The notes under the pieces were generated by a model. It searched no databases, had not been told where the DNA came from, and saw only the letters and a list, made by a program, of their open reading frames with translations. Positions 1-12,647 of a stretch of 64,000 bases of DNA are shown here, piece by piece. The translations under genes and the position numbers were made by a program. The stretch spans positions 50,220,001 to 50,284,000 of the forward strand of contig OZ024744.1 of the NCBI GenBank assembly GCA_964016885.1, given 5' to 3'. This stretch comes from Eledone cirrhosa. Its lineage: Eukaryota. The number at the start of each line of letters is the position of its first letter. Within the stretch, counting starts at the first letter, position 1.

Positions 1-656
1 TATTATATATATTATGGAATACTGTTGGCTTCTTGCTACAATATTTTCTATACTTTTCATTTATATATTTAAATATATATATATAACCCTTGCTAGCAGG
101 AAAAGCAGCTGTTAAATGATGATGATGATAATATATATGTATGCATATACACATACATATAAATCAGAAAAGTCAACAAGGAAAAGAATCACAGGAAAAC
201 AACACAATGCAATGCTGATATATTATATATACCCCCCCCCCCCCCACACACACACACACACACACATACATAACTATATATATTGGACTGTAACATACAT
301 TCCTGCCGTTGTTATAAAACTTCTTAATAAGGAAACGGCGGGAATTTATGTTACAATCCAATACATACATAGTTTACAAACAAACACATCATCAAAAAAA
401 AAATATATATATATATATATCATCATTTTACGTCCTCTTTTCCATGCTTGCAAGAGAAAATGCCAAGGTAGATAATATATATATCATTTACATTCTGGAT
501 ATTGCTCACTGTTCCTACTCATGTAATCTGCAAATCTCAGAGTAGCAACAGAGGGTAAATCTCAGTAAGATTATGAATATTCTATACAAATATAATATAT
601 TACTTACATTTTAAACACACCTGAATTCCCGAGTTCCTAAATGTACATCTGTTCTC

Positions 657-658
<2 letters not shown>

Positions 659-726
<68 letters not shown>

Positions 727-736
727 TATATATAAA

Positions 737-806
<70 letters not shown>
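659..806. repeat. (TA)n microsatellite (one of dozens of TA/CA/CAT tracts in the window)
   Basis: Direct dinucleotide run. Similar runs at e.g. 3481-3642, 8735-8812, 15438-15504, 22105-22278, 27015-27104, 28967-29043, 38809-38898. Confidence 0.97.
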
Positions 807-808
<2 letters not shown>

Positions 809-1297
809 GATATTAATGAATTACCAAATTAAATATCCCTTTTGCTTATATATATATGTATGTATGCATGTATGTGTGTGTGTATATATATATGTATGTA
901 TGTGTGTGAATATATATATATATTTATATATATGTGTGTGTGTGTGAGTGTGTGTGTGTGTGTGTGATACTGGCCACTGGTCTGTGCAAGAGGTTAGTAG
1001 CCCTGTGAATGCAGACAGTCAATGAAGACCAGTCAAACCCTTCATAACAAGGAAAACAAACTTCAATGATGATAATAGTAGTGATATATGTATGTATATA
1101 TATATATAATCATGTACATATATATATATATACATATATATATAGATAGATATGTATGTAGATATGTTTACTTGTGTATATGTTTTGGATAAGAAGAGGT
1201 GAGTTACAAACTTTTAAATATAGATCAACTGTGTGTGTGTGTAAGCATGTATGTGTCTCTGTTTCTCACTCCCTCTCTCTCTCTTTCTCACTCTCTC

Positions 1298-1333
<36 letters not shown>

Positions 1334-2375
1334 GTTTAATGTCTATCTTCCAAGCTAGCATGGGTAAATTTATAAGTGTGTTTTTGTATTTGCTTAGTTT
1401 CAAATCGTATATTTCAACTCTTAAGCCTGTTTAAAACACTTCTGTATTCTACTTAAGTCTGTCCTGCTTAGTTTACAACCATTATACATACATACCTACT
1501 TACATACATACACACACATACACACACACAAATACACACACACACACACATATCTGTGTGTATGTGTATGTATCATCATCATCATCACTTTACGTCCACT
1601 TTTCCCTGCTTGCATATATATATGTATATATATATACATGTATACAAATATATATTACCATTGTCCACCAGTTAACAACTGCTGAAAAAACAGGATGTGA
1701 GTGTGTGTAGATATATATATAATTTACTCATATATTTACTGATATATTTACTGATACATATATATATATATCAGTAAATATATATATATATCATCATCAT
1801 CATCATCATCGTTTAACGTCCATCTTCCACGCTAGCATGGGTTTGGACGGTATATATATATATGTATGTATACTGATACATATATATATATATGTATAAT
1901 TTGGATTGTCGTGGATTATGTGAAAGGCATATAATCGAAATATACACTCCCTTGACCATGAAAATGCCGAAGTACATGAATTACTTGACATCCCTGCGCT
2001 GTGCATCTCCAATACTTATAACACTTTTAATGCTTGCACTATCTTTAATGCTTATAATATTTCTCCACACACAGACTATATCAATCATATAAAGACTTTG
2101 CCACCAGATCTACCAACCTAACACTCTTATTTACCTACCTAAGTGCCTCTACCACACATATCTGTCTGCCACACTATATAAACAAGACGCACATGCGTGC
2201 CACACATATAACATTTGCACTATATAACCACACAATCTCGAAGTGTGTACTGCCACTCTAAATTCTGTAATGAATGTTGACCCACAATGTTTGAATATGT
2301 ATCAATGTTTGAATATGTATTGGTATGTCTCTCGGCTGAAAAGGAGGTCATATAACTGTCCATGCATTAATAAAT

Positions 2376-2422
2376 TGCTCCGAAGAATCCAAACCTCGGT
2401 TTGGAGGAAACAGCTGTAAGCA
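2376..2422 (+). ncRNA. Type I hammerhead ribozyme with a core substitution, in a PLE 3' remnant (~1895-2460)
   Basis: TGCT-CCGAAGA-ATCCAAACC TC GGTTTGGAG-GAAA-CAGCTG-TA-AGCA. Stems I, II and III all pair; core is CCGAAGA instead of CUGANGA. Confidence 0.7.
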
Positions 2423-2516
2423 CAATAATGTTTTGAACAGTTCTTTGATTCTTATATTTCATATATTTCATATATTTCATATTTCATATATATATATGTA
2501 TATATACAGATATATA

Positions 2517-2786
2517 TCTTAGTCTTAGATTCTTCCGCGCCGTTCAGCGCATTGAGCAGCAAGTACCCGCCAATGGTCACGATCAGCGGCAACTTTTTCG
2601 AGACCATGCCAGGTGATGTTGGCTGCCATCAGGTCCTTCCCGGAACGTTCGTCGCCAGGCAACTCCGCCTCCATTTACCGCCAGGTGGAGTCCAGTTCAT
2701 CACTGTTTTCGAATGCCGTTGATTTGGCAGACGCAGAATATGGCCAGCCAGACGGCACCGACGCCTCATGACCACTCTCTGTAGAG
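2517..2786 (-). mobile_element. RTE-type LINE 3' fragment
   Basis: Minus strand reads RLAGHILRL..KTVMNWTPPGGK..DRDHWRVL, the typical RTE C-terminus, followed by a short TAAGAC tail. Confidence 0.7.
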
Positions 2787-2945
2787 CTCAAACCGTTTTG
2801 ACGACTATTTCCAGAAATAGCCATCGAAACGGCTTGAGCTCTGCCGTCCGGGTCATACATTTTCCTAATACCCACTCTACTACCCTAAGTATTGAGTACT
2901 CTGGTGCATTATGGTCCATCTGGTTCCTTACCACAACTCCTTCGA
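2787..2945 (+). mobile_element. Probable PLE end remnant with small fold-back; related copy at 38694-38806
   Basis: Hairpin ctcaaaccgttttgacgactatttc/gaaatagccatcgaaacggcttgag. Tail actctactaccctaagt..gagtactctggtg recurs inverted at 38694-38747. Confidence 0.5.
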
Positions 2946-3263
2946 TATATATATATATATATATATATAAAAACAAATAACGAAACGAAATTAAATTTCG
3001 TTTCGTTTGTAACTCACTTTTGTATGACTGACGCTTAAACAATTAAGTTAAAAATGTACATCTACATATGTATACTGAAATACTAGTGTGTATATGAATA
3101 CACACACGTATACATATGTAGGTGTACCAAGTCTTTCACTGGTCGCTTTACAGTGAGCGGCCCAGCTATTCTGTAGGTAAACACACAGACAAACCGGTTT
3201 TTAGAGTCATACTGGTTTTCGGGGGGAACACCTTCCCTCCATTCTCCAGAAAGCCAGACAAGG

Positions 3264-3308
3264 AATATTGGACTAGTTTCGTTGTTGTTACAACTCATCA
3301 GCAATATT
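3264..3308 (-). ncRNA. Type I hammerhead ribozyme (canonical)
   Basis: Minus strand: AATATTG-CTGATGA-GTTGT AACA ACAAC-GAAA-CTAG-TC-CAATATT. Perfect 7-bp stem I, 5-bp stem II, palindromic stem III, GUC cleavage site. Confidence 0.92.
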
Positions 3309-3393
3309 TACCTATCTACCGGCCTTTCTGGAGAATTGTAAAAGCACATATCGTTATATGCTTTTTCTATGAAAATTAGTAGTGGGCAGACTA

Positions 3394-3401
3394 ATTTGCA
3401 T
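3394..3401 (-). promoter_or_regulatory. Octamer motif ATGCAAAT (possible snRNA-type distal element)
   Basis: Exact octamer on the HHR strand ~93 nt upstream of the core; positionally conserved in the related element at 28579-28586. Confidence 0.4.
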
Positions 3402-3479
3402 AGAGTGTGAGTACGCACCGGTTCAGCGGAGACGATAAAAACAAATAACGAAACGAAATTAAATTTCGTTTCGTTTGTA

Positions 3480-3511
<32 letters not shown>

Positions 3512-3517
3512 TATATT

Positions 3518-3605
<88 letters not shown>

Positions 3606-3611
3606 AATATA

Positions 3612-3643
<32 letters not shown>

Positions 3644-3739
3644 TACAAACGCTTAAACATATAAGGCTGAGTGTTTAGAAAATTAGATTCGCAATTTCGA
3701 TTTCCAGACCGGGTGATGCATTATATCCTTGAGCAAGAC

Positions 3740-4330
3740 ACTTATGAAAGATTACTAAATGAGGAGAATGCATGGGAAAAAGAGACCCTACCCCAAGTGG
3801 ACCCTATAGAAGGGCTAGCAGTACAAGTCAGTAACAGCATAGTAAGTAAGGTAATCAAAGATAGAAAGACAGGGAAGGCCACCGGTCCATCGGGTATAGC
3901 CGCCGAGATGCTGAAGGCATCTGGGTCAGTAGGTCTCATCATAACCACACGTATTGTTAACCAGGTAATACTAGAAGGTGTCATACCAAAAGATTGGTGC
4001 AGCAGCATCATTGTCAACTGCTACAAGGGTAAAGGTGATGCACTAGATAGAGGAAAGGTCATGAAAGTAACGGAAAGAGTTATAGCACAATTGATTAGGG
4101 ACCGGGTGAAACTAGATGAGATGCAATTTGGGTTTGTACCAGGAAAAGGCACCAATGATGACCTCTTCCTAGTCAAGCAGTTACAGAAAAAGTACCTAGC
4201 TAAAAGTAAGCTGCTCTCCCTGGCATTTGTGGGTCTGGAAAAAGCCTTCGACAGAGTTCCCTGTGCTATAATCTGGTGGGCTCTTAGAAAATTAGGAGTA
4301 CATGAATGGCTTGTGAAAGCTGTACAAGCC
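3740..4330 (+). mobile_element. RTE LINE RT fragment
   Basis: GKATGPSGI, YKGKGD, EMQFGF, LEKAFDRVP motifs. Confidence 0.9.
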
Positions 4331-4990
4331 AGTGAGCTTCAGCAATCTGAGGTCTACACTCACCACCTCTGCCCATATTTTCCGTGGTCTTCCTCGACTG
4401 CATCTTCCTTCAACTGGCATTTCCTGGCACTTCTTTACCTAGCGGTCATCCTCCATGTGCATCACATGTGCATACCAATGCAGTCTTCTCTCCCGCACAC
4501 TACAGCCAATCCCTTTATACACAGTTTCTCTCTCAACTCGTCTGTGCTTGGTCGTTCATGCACATTGACATTGCACATCCAATGGAGCATGCTTGCTTCA
4601 TTTCTCTCCAGTTGTCGCATATCCTCTGTAGTTGCTGCCCATGACTCTCTACCATGCAGCATCGTGCATCTCACATAGGCATCATATAACCAACCTTTCA
4701 TATGCAGAGAGAAACCTTTCTTTGTCAACAAAGGTAGCAGCTCCCTAAACTTCTTCCAACCTGTTCTTATTCTGGATACTATGGCCTTGTAGCACCCTCC
4801 TCCCTTACTAATCTGATCACCTAGGTATTGGAAACCATCAACCACCTCTATAGGTCCTACCCGCATTTGAAAAATGTGTCAATCACTACGACTTCTGTCA
4901 AATTTCCCGGTACATCTACTGCATATATAGTTTTCTCTATCTGTTAGCTTGCCTGCTATCCCACTACATCTCTTGTGTACCCAATGTATA
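4331..4990 (-). mobile_element. RTE LINE C-terminal fragment, inverted
   Basis: Minus ORF 4462-4866: FQYLGD..GWKKFRELLPLL..MLHGRESW. Confidence 0.85.
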
Positions 4991-5019
4991 TATAGGTATG
5001 TATATATATACATATGAGT

Positions 5020-7016
5020 AGACCCTATAGAGGGGCCAGCAGTACAAGTCAGCAGCAACGTAGTAAGTAAGGCAATCAAAGATATGAAGATGGGGAAGGC
5101 AACTGGTCCATCGGGTATAGCTGCCGAGATGCTGAAGGCATCTGGGTCTGTAGGTCACACTATAACCACACGTATTGTTAACCAGGTAATACTAGAAGGC
5201 GTCATACCAAAAGATTGGTGCAGTAGCATCATTGTCAACTGCTACAAAGGTAAAGGTGATGCACTCGATAGAGGAAACTATAGAGGTATTAAGCTGATGG
5301 ACCAGGTCATGAAAGTAACAGAAAGAGTTATAGCACAGTTGATTAAGGACCGGGTGAAACTAGATGAGATGCAATTTGGGTTTGTATCAGGAAGAGGCAC
5401 CACTGATGCCCTCTTCCTTGTGAGGCAGTTACAGGAAAAGTACCTAGCTAAAAGTAAGCCACTCTACCTGGCATTCGTCGATCTCGAGAAAGCCTTTGAC
5501 AGAGTTCCACGTGCTGTAATCTGGTGGACTCTTAGAAAACTAGGAGTAGATGAATGGCTTGTGAAAGCTGTACAAGCCATGTATAGGGGAGTAGTCAGCA
5601 AAGTTAGAATTAGCAATGAGTATAGCGAGGAATTTAGCGTACAGGTTGGGGTACACCAGGGCTCTGTTCTTAGCCCTCTCCTGTTCATCATAGTCCTACA
5701 GGCAATAACGGAGGAGTTTAAGACCGGATGCCCATGGGAACTCCTGTATGCTGATGACCTCGCACTTATAGCTGAATCTATGGTAGAACTAGAGAAGAAA
5801 TTCCAAACTTGGAAGTAGAGACTAGAAAGAAAGGGTCTCAAAGTCAACATGACAAAGACTAAGGTCCTTGTAAGTAGACGAGAAAACAGAATCGAGATGC
5901 CCTCAGGGAAATGGCCTTGCTCAGTATGTAGGAAAGGTGTAGATAGGAACTCCATTCTCTGCCCCAAATGCAAACAATGGGTACTCAAGAGATGTAGCGG
6001 GATCTCAGGAAGCTTAACTAAGAATGTAGGCTTCACATGCAGCAGCTGTACTGGGACAGCAAGCAGCAAACAGCCACAGGAAACAAGTACCGCCAATCTC
6101 TGGGAGGGCTCTGTAGAGACAGTAGACAGCTTCTGCTACCTAGGTGACCGAATTAGCAGCGGAGGTGGGTGTTCAGAAAGTAAAATAACTAGGGTAAGAA
6201 CGGGATTGAAGAAGTTTAGGGAACTACTACCACTGCTAGCTGCAAAAGGCTTCTCCCTCAGAATGAAAGGCAGACTGTATGATGCGTGTATCCGAACAGC
6301 AATGTTGCATGGTAGTGAGACCTGGGCGCTGAAGGTGGAAGACTTACGTAGATTAGAGAGAAACGAAGCCTGCATGCTCCGATGGATGTGTAATAGTAAT
6401 ATACGCGAACGGCAAAGCATAAATGAATTGAGAGAGAGACTGAGCATAAGAGGAATCAAATACTGTGTGCAGGAAAGGCAGTTGCGTTGGTATGGACATG
6501 TGATGCGTATGAAGGATGACAGCTGCATAAAAGGGTACAGAGCACTAGACGTCCATGGAAACCGCGGAGTGGGGAGACCCAAGAAGACCTGGGATGAGGT
6601 GATAAAAGCCGACCTTACCCAATTACACCTCTCAAAGGTGATGACACACGACTGTGACCTCTGGCATCACGTAGTAATACAGTGTACCCGACCTCCCATG
6701 GGTACAAGCTGAAGCATATAGACAAAATGCCCCACACCACCTACTGCAAGGTGGTCGTGGAGGTGCCACGGCAAAAAAGCACCCAGCCTACACTGTAAAG
6801 TGGACGTGTAGGCGCCACGAAAAAGCACCCAGCACTCACTGTAAATAAGGTTGGTGTTAGGAATGGCATCCAGCTGTAGAAATCAAGCCAAATCAGTTCC
6901 AGTATGAGCAAGGCATGGTCAGCTGACCAGACACTGCCCACAACAGGACAACCCGTCTAACCCATGCTAGCGTGGAAGAACGGACGTAAAACGGTGATGA
7001 CGATGATGATGATGAT
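5020..7016 (+). mobile_element. 5'-truncated RTE LINE (RT, C-terminus, 3' UTR, (GAT)n tail)
   Basis: ORFs 5084-5818 (GVHQGSVLSP, LLYADD) and 5849-6712 (Cys-rich insert, LRWYGHVMR, GRPKKTW) separated by one premature stop; ends in (GAT)n. Confidence 0.95.
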
Positions 7017-7045
7017 ACCTATATATATACATACATATATGTATG

Positions 7046-7078
<33 letters not shown>

Positions 7079-7311
7079 GTATGTATATATATATATATGT
7101 GTGTGTGTGTTTGTGCATCAGTATGTGCATACTTCTAAACTATGATTATTTCAAACAAATGAAACAGCTCTACGCCTGTAAAACTCATTTCACCATAAAT
7201 ATATATGAACCCTCATTACTAATGTATTGTGCTTCCCTTCCATTCTCCTTCTCAATAAAACTACTTTGTATTATATATACATATATATACATATATATAT
7301 AAATATATATA

Positions 7312-8548
7312 GATGACCTCACACTTATAGCTGAATCTATGGTAGAACTAGAAAAGAAATTCCAACCATGGAAGCAGGGACTAGAAAGAAGGGGTCTCAA
7401 AGTCAACCTGACAAAGACTAAGGTCCTTGTAAGTAGATGAGAAAACAGAACCCAGATCCCCTCAGGGAAATGGCCTTGCTCAGTATATAGGTAGGAAGGT
7501 GTAGGTAGGAACTCCATCCTCTGCCCCAAATGCAAACAATGGGTACATAAGAGATGTAACGGGATCTCAGGAAGCTTAACTAAGAATGTAGGCTTCACAT
7601 GTAGCAGCTGTGCTGGGACAGCAAGCAGCAAACAGCCACAGGAAACAAGCACCACCAAACTCTGGGAGGGCTCTGTAGAAACAGTAGACAGCTTCTGCTA
7701 CCTAAGTGACTGAATTAGCAGCGGAGGTGGGTGTTCGGAAAGTACAATAACTAGGGTAAGAATGGGATGGAAGAAGTTCAGGGAGCTACTGCCACTGCTA
7801 GCTGCAAAAGGCTTTTCTCTCAAAATGAAGGGCAGACTGTATGATGCATGTATACGAACAGCAATGTTGCATGGTAGTGAGACATGGGCTCTGTCTGTAG
7901 AAGACTTACGTAGATTAGAAAGAAATGAAGCTTGCATGCTCTGATGGATGTGTAATAGACGAACGGCAAAGCATAAACGAATTGAGAGAGAGACTGAGTA
8001 TAAGAGGAATCAAATGCTGTGTGCAGGAGAGGCGGTTGAGTTGGTATGGACATGTGATGCGTATGAAGGATGACAGCTGCATAAAAAGGTGCATAGCATA
8101 AGATGTCAATGGAAACCACGGAGTGGGGAGACCCAAGAAGACCTGGGATGAGGTGATAAAAGCCGACCTTACTCATTTACACCTCTTAAAGGCGACCGTG
8201 ACCTCTGGCGCCACGCAGTAATATAGAAGACCCGACCCCAATGGGTACAAGCCGAAGCCGAAACATATAGACAATATGCCCCCACACCCTCCCACTGCAA
8301 AGTGGTCATGGAGGTGCCACGGCAAAAAAGGACCCAGCCTACACTGTAAAGTGGACGTGTAGGTACCACGGAAAAAAGCACCCAGCACTCACTGTAAATG
8401 AGGTTGGTGTTAGGAAGGGCATCCAGCTGTAGAAATCAAGCTAGAATCAGTTCCTGTATGAGCAAGACAAGGTCAGCCGACCGGACACTGCCCACAACAG
8501 GACGACTCGTCTAACCCATGCTAGCGTGGAAGAACGGACGTAAAACGG

Positions 8549-8596
<48 letters not shown>
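7312..8596 (+). mobile_element. Second, shorter copy of the same RTE family
   Basis: Closely similar to 5752-7016 with extra stops and indels; ends in (GAT)n. Confidence 0.92.
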
Positions 8597-8597
<1 letters not shown>

Positions 8598-8724
8598 ACA
8601 AGTGTATATATATATATATACATAAATATACATACATATATATGGATATATATACATACATATGTGTGCATACATATATGCATATATATATATACGCATA
8701 TACATATGTGTGTGTTTGTGCATA

Positions 8725-8812
<88 letters not shown>

Positions 8813-8817
<5 letters not shown>

Positions 8818-9117
8818 ATACTTTGGGAGGGTCATGTTGCCAATAAGAAACACACGCACCAGTTGCTTTCACTTCAATTTATTATATATTTATAAATTTA
8901 CAAATTTATAAATTTATAAATTTCTGGTTGGTTGGTTGGTTCCACAACCAGATAGTTGTTTATATATAGTCATTGTCCTTTCGTCACACACTCTGTGACC
9001 TCTTCAGTGACTGGGGATTCCTTTCTTTGTTTCTGTGCCTCTCCTTTGTTCTGTCCTACGCCATTTGGTGCGTGTGTTTCTTATTGGCAACATGACCCTC
9101 CCAAAGTATAACAATAT
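8813..9117. mobile_element. PLE-like remnant: ~50-bp inverted repeats around a degenerate HHR
   Basis: 8813-8860 is the reverse complement of ~9067-9114. Minus 8968-9012: AGTCA-CTGAAGA-GGTCACA..TGTGAC-GAAA-GGAC-AA-TGACT (cleavage triplet lacks U). Confidence 0.55.
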
Positions 9118-9185
9118 CGGTTTCAACACACGATTTCAGATAAAGAATCTTGCTAAACAAATTCAGAAACGAAATATATATATAA

Positions 9186-12100
9186 TGTCCTGGGTATGAC
9201 ATTAAACTACATCCAGTGGCAAGGCTCCAGTTCGGCAGTTCAGGAGTTGTGGGAAATGTGGAGTTACCCCTTAGTTGTCATGACTCCCAGGTCTGCCCTG
9301 GCCCGGGGTGGTAGTACCTGTTAGGGCTCCATTTATGGGTTAAATAACTACCTTATTCGAGTGGCGCCGGTAAGGTATTGTCAGCCATTGAAAATAAATA
9401 TGGAGAGTCAATCTAACAGCACTAGGGTTAGAGCCCCTAATTACACTGTCAAGGAGCAGCCTGGTCGTTATGACTCAGAGAGGGCCAGTGGATGATGGAT
9501 CAGCTGTCTCTGAGACAAATATAAAGAATGCAGTTTTGTCCTGCAGAAGAGCCATCAAAATGGGCACTTTGAATGTAAGGACTATTCGGACGCTGGAGAA
9601 GAGAGAGGTGTTGGGACATCTGTTCGAGGAGAGTGGTATACAGATACTTGCGATCCAAGAACACAGGATTCTACACGATGAACACGTGAGGAGTGTCATG
9701 ATTGGGAAGAGGAGCCAGCTCATCACTACATCGGCAGTGAAGAACACAACAAATGCTGCAGTAGGAGCATTGGGTTTTGTGTTCAGTGCAAAAACCAATC
9801 TGTTGGTGAGGGAAATAATGCCTATCTCCCCGCGAGTGTTGAGGGTGACCTTCAATGGAAACCCAAGACTGACAGTCATCTCAGCCTATAGTCCAACCGA
9901 GGGGGACAGTGATGTGAGTGCAGAAGAGTTCCATGAGGAGGTGTGTAGAGCTGTCAACACCACTCAGGCACACAATCTCCTGCTTGTTTTGGGGGACTTC
10001 AATGCACATCTGAGTAAGGAGGGCAGTGAAGATCCTTGCTGGTACTTCCATAACAACACCAACCGAAATGGAAGAGTACTGAGAGACACCCTGCTGGAGG
10101 CGAACTTGATAGTGACCAATCTAGGGTTTAGGAAGAATCTGGGGAAGATGTGGACCTACATCTCAGATATGCACCTGTCCAAGTCCCAGATTGATTTCAT
10201 TCTGGTATGGAAAAAGTGGCGGAATAGTGTTCTGAACACAGAGCCATACAACTATTTCAGTACACTGGGTAGTGACCACCGGCTTGTTATGAGTGAGGTC
10301 CGGGTGAGCTTAAGAAAGAGCAAGGCTCAGCCCCGGAGAGCAATCTATGACTGGGGAGCTTTGAAGGAAGATGATAAGCTACAGGAGAGGTTCACAGTGG
10401 AAGTGAGGAACAGGTTCAGTGCTCTGTGTGGAGAGACAGAGGAGAGAGAGATTGAATGGACTGAGGAGAATATGACGAGGAGGTACGGGCACTTCACCAA
10501 TGCAGTGGCGGAAGCAAGTGAAACCCTGGTGCCGAGGAAAAAGAACAAAGGGAAGCACGTCAGCTCTGCACACACCAAGTGTGTGCAGCCAGAGAACACC
10601 TGAAAGCTGCCAGGGACCAATTCTATGCTGATCCTACGGAGGAGAGGATGGAGACTGTGGAGGTGATGAGGGAAGAGCTCTGTACCGCTTACACTGAGGT
10701 CAGAGAGGAGGCACTGATAGAGAAGATCAGAAGTGTGGAGAGAGCGGTTGACAGATTTGGGTGTAAGGAGAGCTGGATGATCATCAACGAGATCACAGGG
10801 AGGAAGAGAAGGTGTTCGAGTCAGATCCAGGGAACGGGGCCCGAGGATAGGAAGAGGAAATGGCTAGACCATTTTAGGACCCTACTAGGAGAGCCACCCC
10901 CCACAGGTGTCTCTCAGTACTCTTCCATTTCGGTTGGTGTTGTTATGGAAGTACCAGCAAGGATCTTCACTGCCCTCCTTACTCAGATGTGCATTGAAGT
11001 CCCCCAAAACAAGCAAGAGATTGTGTGCCAGAGCACTGGGGAGATCAGGCGGCTGTTTGAGGAACTGGATGTTGAGACAGAGCCCTTCACCAGAGAGGAG
11101 CTTCAGAGAGCCAAGAAGAGGATCAAGGAGGGCAAGGCTCATGGAGAAGATGGAGTGGCATCAGAGGTGATGAAGAGGTGTGATTTTGATGATATCATCC
11201 TGGGGTTCTGTAACGGGGCACTGGAGAAGGGAGTTGCCCCGAAGCAGTGGAGGATCAGTAACATCGTCCCAGTGCCAAAGAAGGGAGATCTCTCTAACAC
11301 CAACAACTACAGGGGGATCTCACTGACGTCACTTGTGGCAAAGACCCTCAACAGGATGATTCTTAACAGGATCCAGCCTGAGATGGAGAAGAAGCTCAGG
11401 GACAACCAGAACGGCTTCAGAGAGGGTAGATCAACCACCAGTCACATCCTGATGCTGAGTAGGATATTAGAGGGAGCTAGAGCAAAGTGCCTTCCTGCGG
11501 TCATGGTTTTCATTGACTTTAGGAAGGCCTTTGATTCTGTGGACCGTTACTGCCTGATGAAGATCTTACAGGCTTATGGAATCCCCAAGAAGCCAAGAAG
11601 ATAGTGGACCTGATATCACTGCTATACACCAACACCAAAGCCCAAGTCATTACACCTGATGGGATGACAGAGTTCTTTGAGATACTGGCTGGAGTGCTCC
11701 AGGGAGATACATTGGCTCCCTACCTTTTTATCATCGTAGTGGACTATTGTATGCGCCTTGCACTGGAGAAACACCAGGACTCTGGCTTTACTGTAGCACC
11801 GGCTCAGAGCAGGAGAGTTAGGGCGAAAAAGGTATCGGATGCTAAATTTGCCGACGACATAGTTTTAGTGACAAATACAGTGAAGGAGGCAGAGGATTTG
11901 ATGCGAGAGGTTGAGACTGTGTCGAAGAGTGTGGGGCTGAGAATGAATGAGACGAAAACAAAATATCTGGTAGAGAATGTTGAGAAGCCAGAGGGGATCA
12001 CTAATGTAGGCGGGAAGCCGCTAGAATTGGTTGAGGGCTTCCTGTATTTGGGAGCAAGGATTGGGAATACGGAAGATGATGTGGTTGAGAGGAAGAGCAA

Positions 12101-12605
12101 GGCCTGGGCGGCGTGCCACAGCTTGAGATCGGTGTGGAAGTCGGACCTTCGTAGAGACCTGAAAGTCCGCCTCTTCATTGCTGTAGTGGAGTCTGTGCTG
12201 CTGTATGGGTCTGAGACTTGGACACTGACCAAGAAACTCACTCAGATGGTGGATGGGTGCTACACGAGAATGCTGAGGATGGCTCTGAACATTAATCAGT
12301 ATACACTGAGGATGAAAAACTCAGAGCTGTATGGGAGCATCCCAAAAGTCAGCTCAAAAGTGACACAGAGGAGACTGAGGTTAGCTGGACATGCTCACCG
12401 ACATCCAGAGTTGACATTGCACTCAGTGCTCCTTTGGGAGCCCCTACATGGACACACTAGAAGAGGAAGACCAAGATTAACGTATGTTGATGCCCTAAGG
12501 ACAGACACTGGTCTGTTGGAGACGCAGGACGTGGCAGCGATAATGAGGGACAGAGACCGCTGGAGAGAACTCGTCCATGGATCTCGGGGATTTTACCCGC
12601 CTTAG
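9186..12605 (+). mobile_element. Near full-length RTE/RTE-X-type LINE (APE endonuclease plus RT), two frameshifts
   Basis: GTLNVRT, IQEHR, SAYSPT, GDFNA, SQIDFI, SDH in 9470-10603. NYRGISL, QNGFR, IDFRKAFD, GVLQGDTLAP, FADD in 10579-12605. An 8-bp ccaagaag duplication near 11590 shifts the frame. Confidence 0.93.
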
Positions 12606-12647
12606 ATATACATACATATATATACACATGGCCATATATGGCCATAC

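Larger units (their letters stand above)
2967..3480 (-). mobile_element. Candidate non-LTR retrozyme: 468-bp non-coding monomer with 46-bp terminal redundancy
   Basis: 2967-3012 is identical to 3435-3480. Contains one intact HHR (3264-3308) and an octamer (3394-3401). Flanked on both sides by (TA)n; no recognisable protein. Confidence 0.7.

Noticed and set aside
2967-3480. DIRS/Ngaro split-repeat or LTR interpretation
   Set aside because: No tyrosine recombinase or RT, no TG..CA ends or PBS; the HHR plus terminal redundancy fits a retrozyme or pLTR better.
5813-5820. Recoded stop (readthrough or selenocysteine) in TE ORFs
   Set aside because: The paralogous copy has CAG at this codon (7375), so it is a simple C-to-T mutation; no conserved in-frame TGA pattern was seen in the PLE ORFs.
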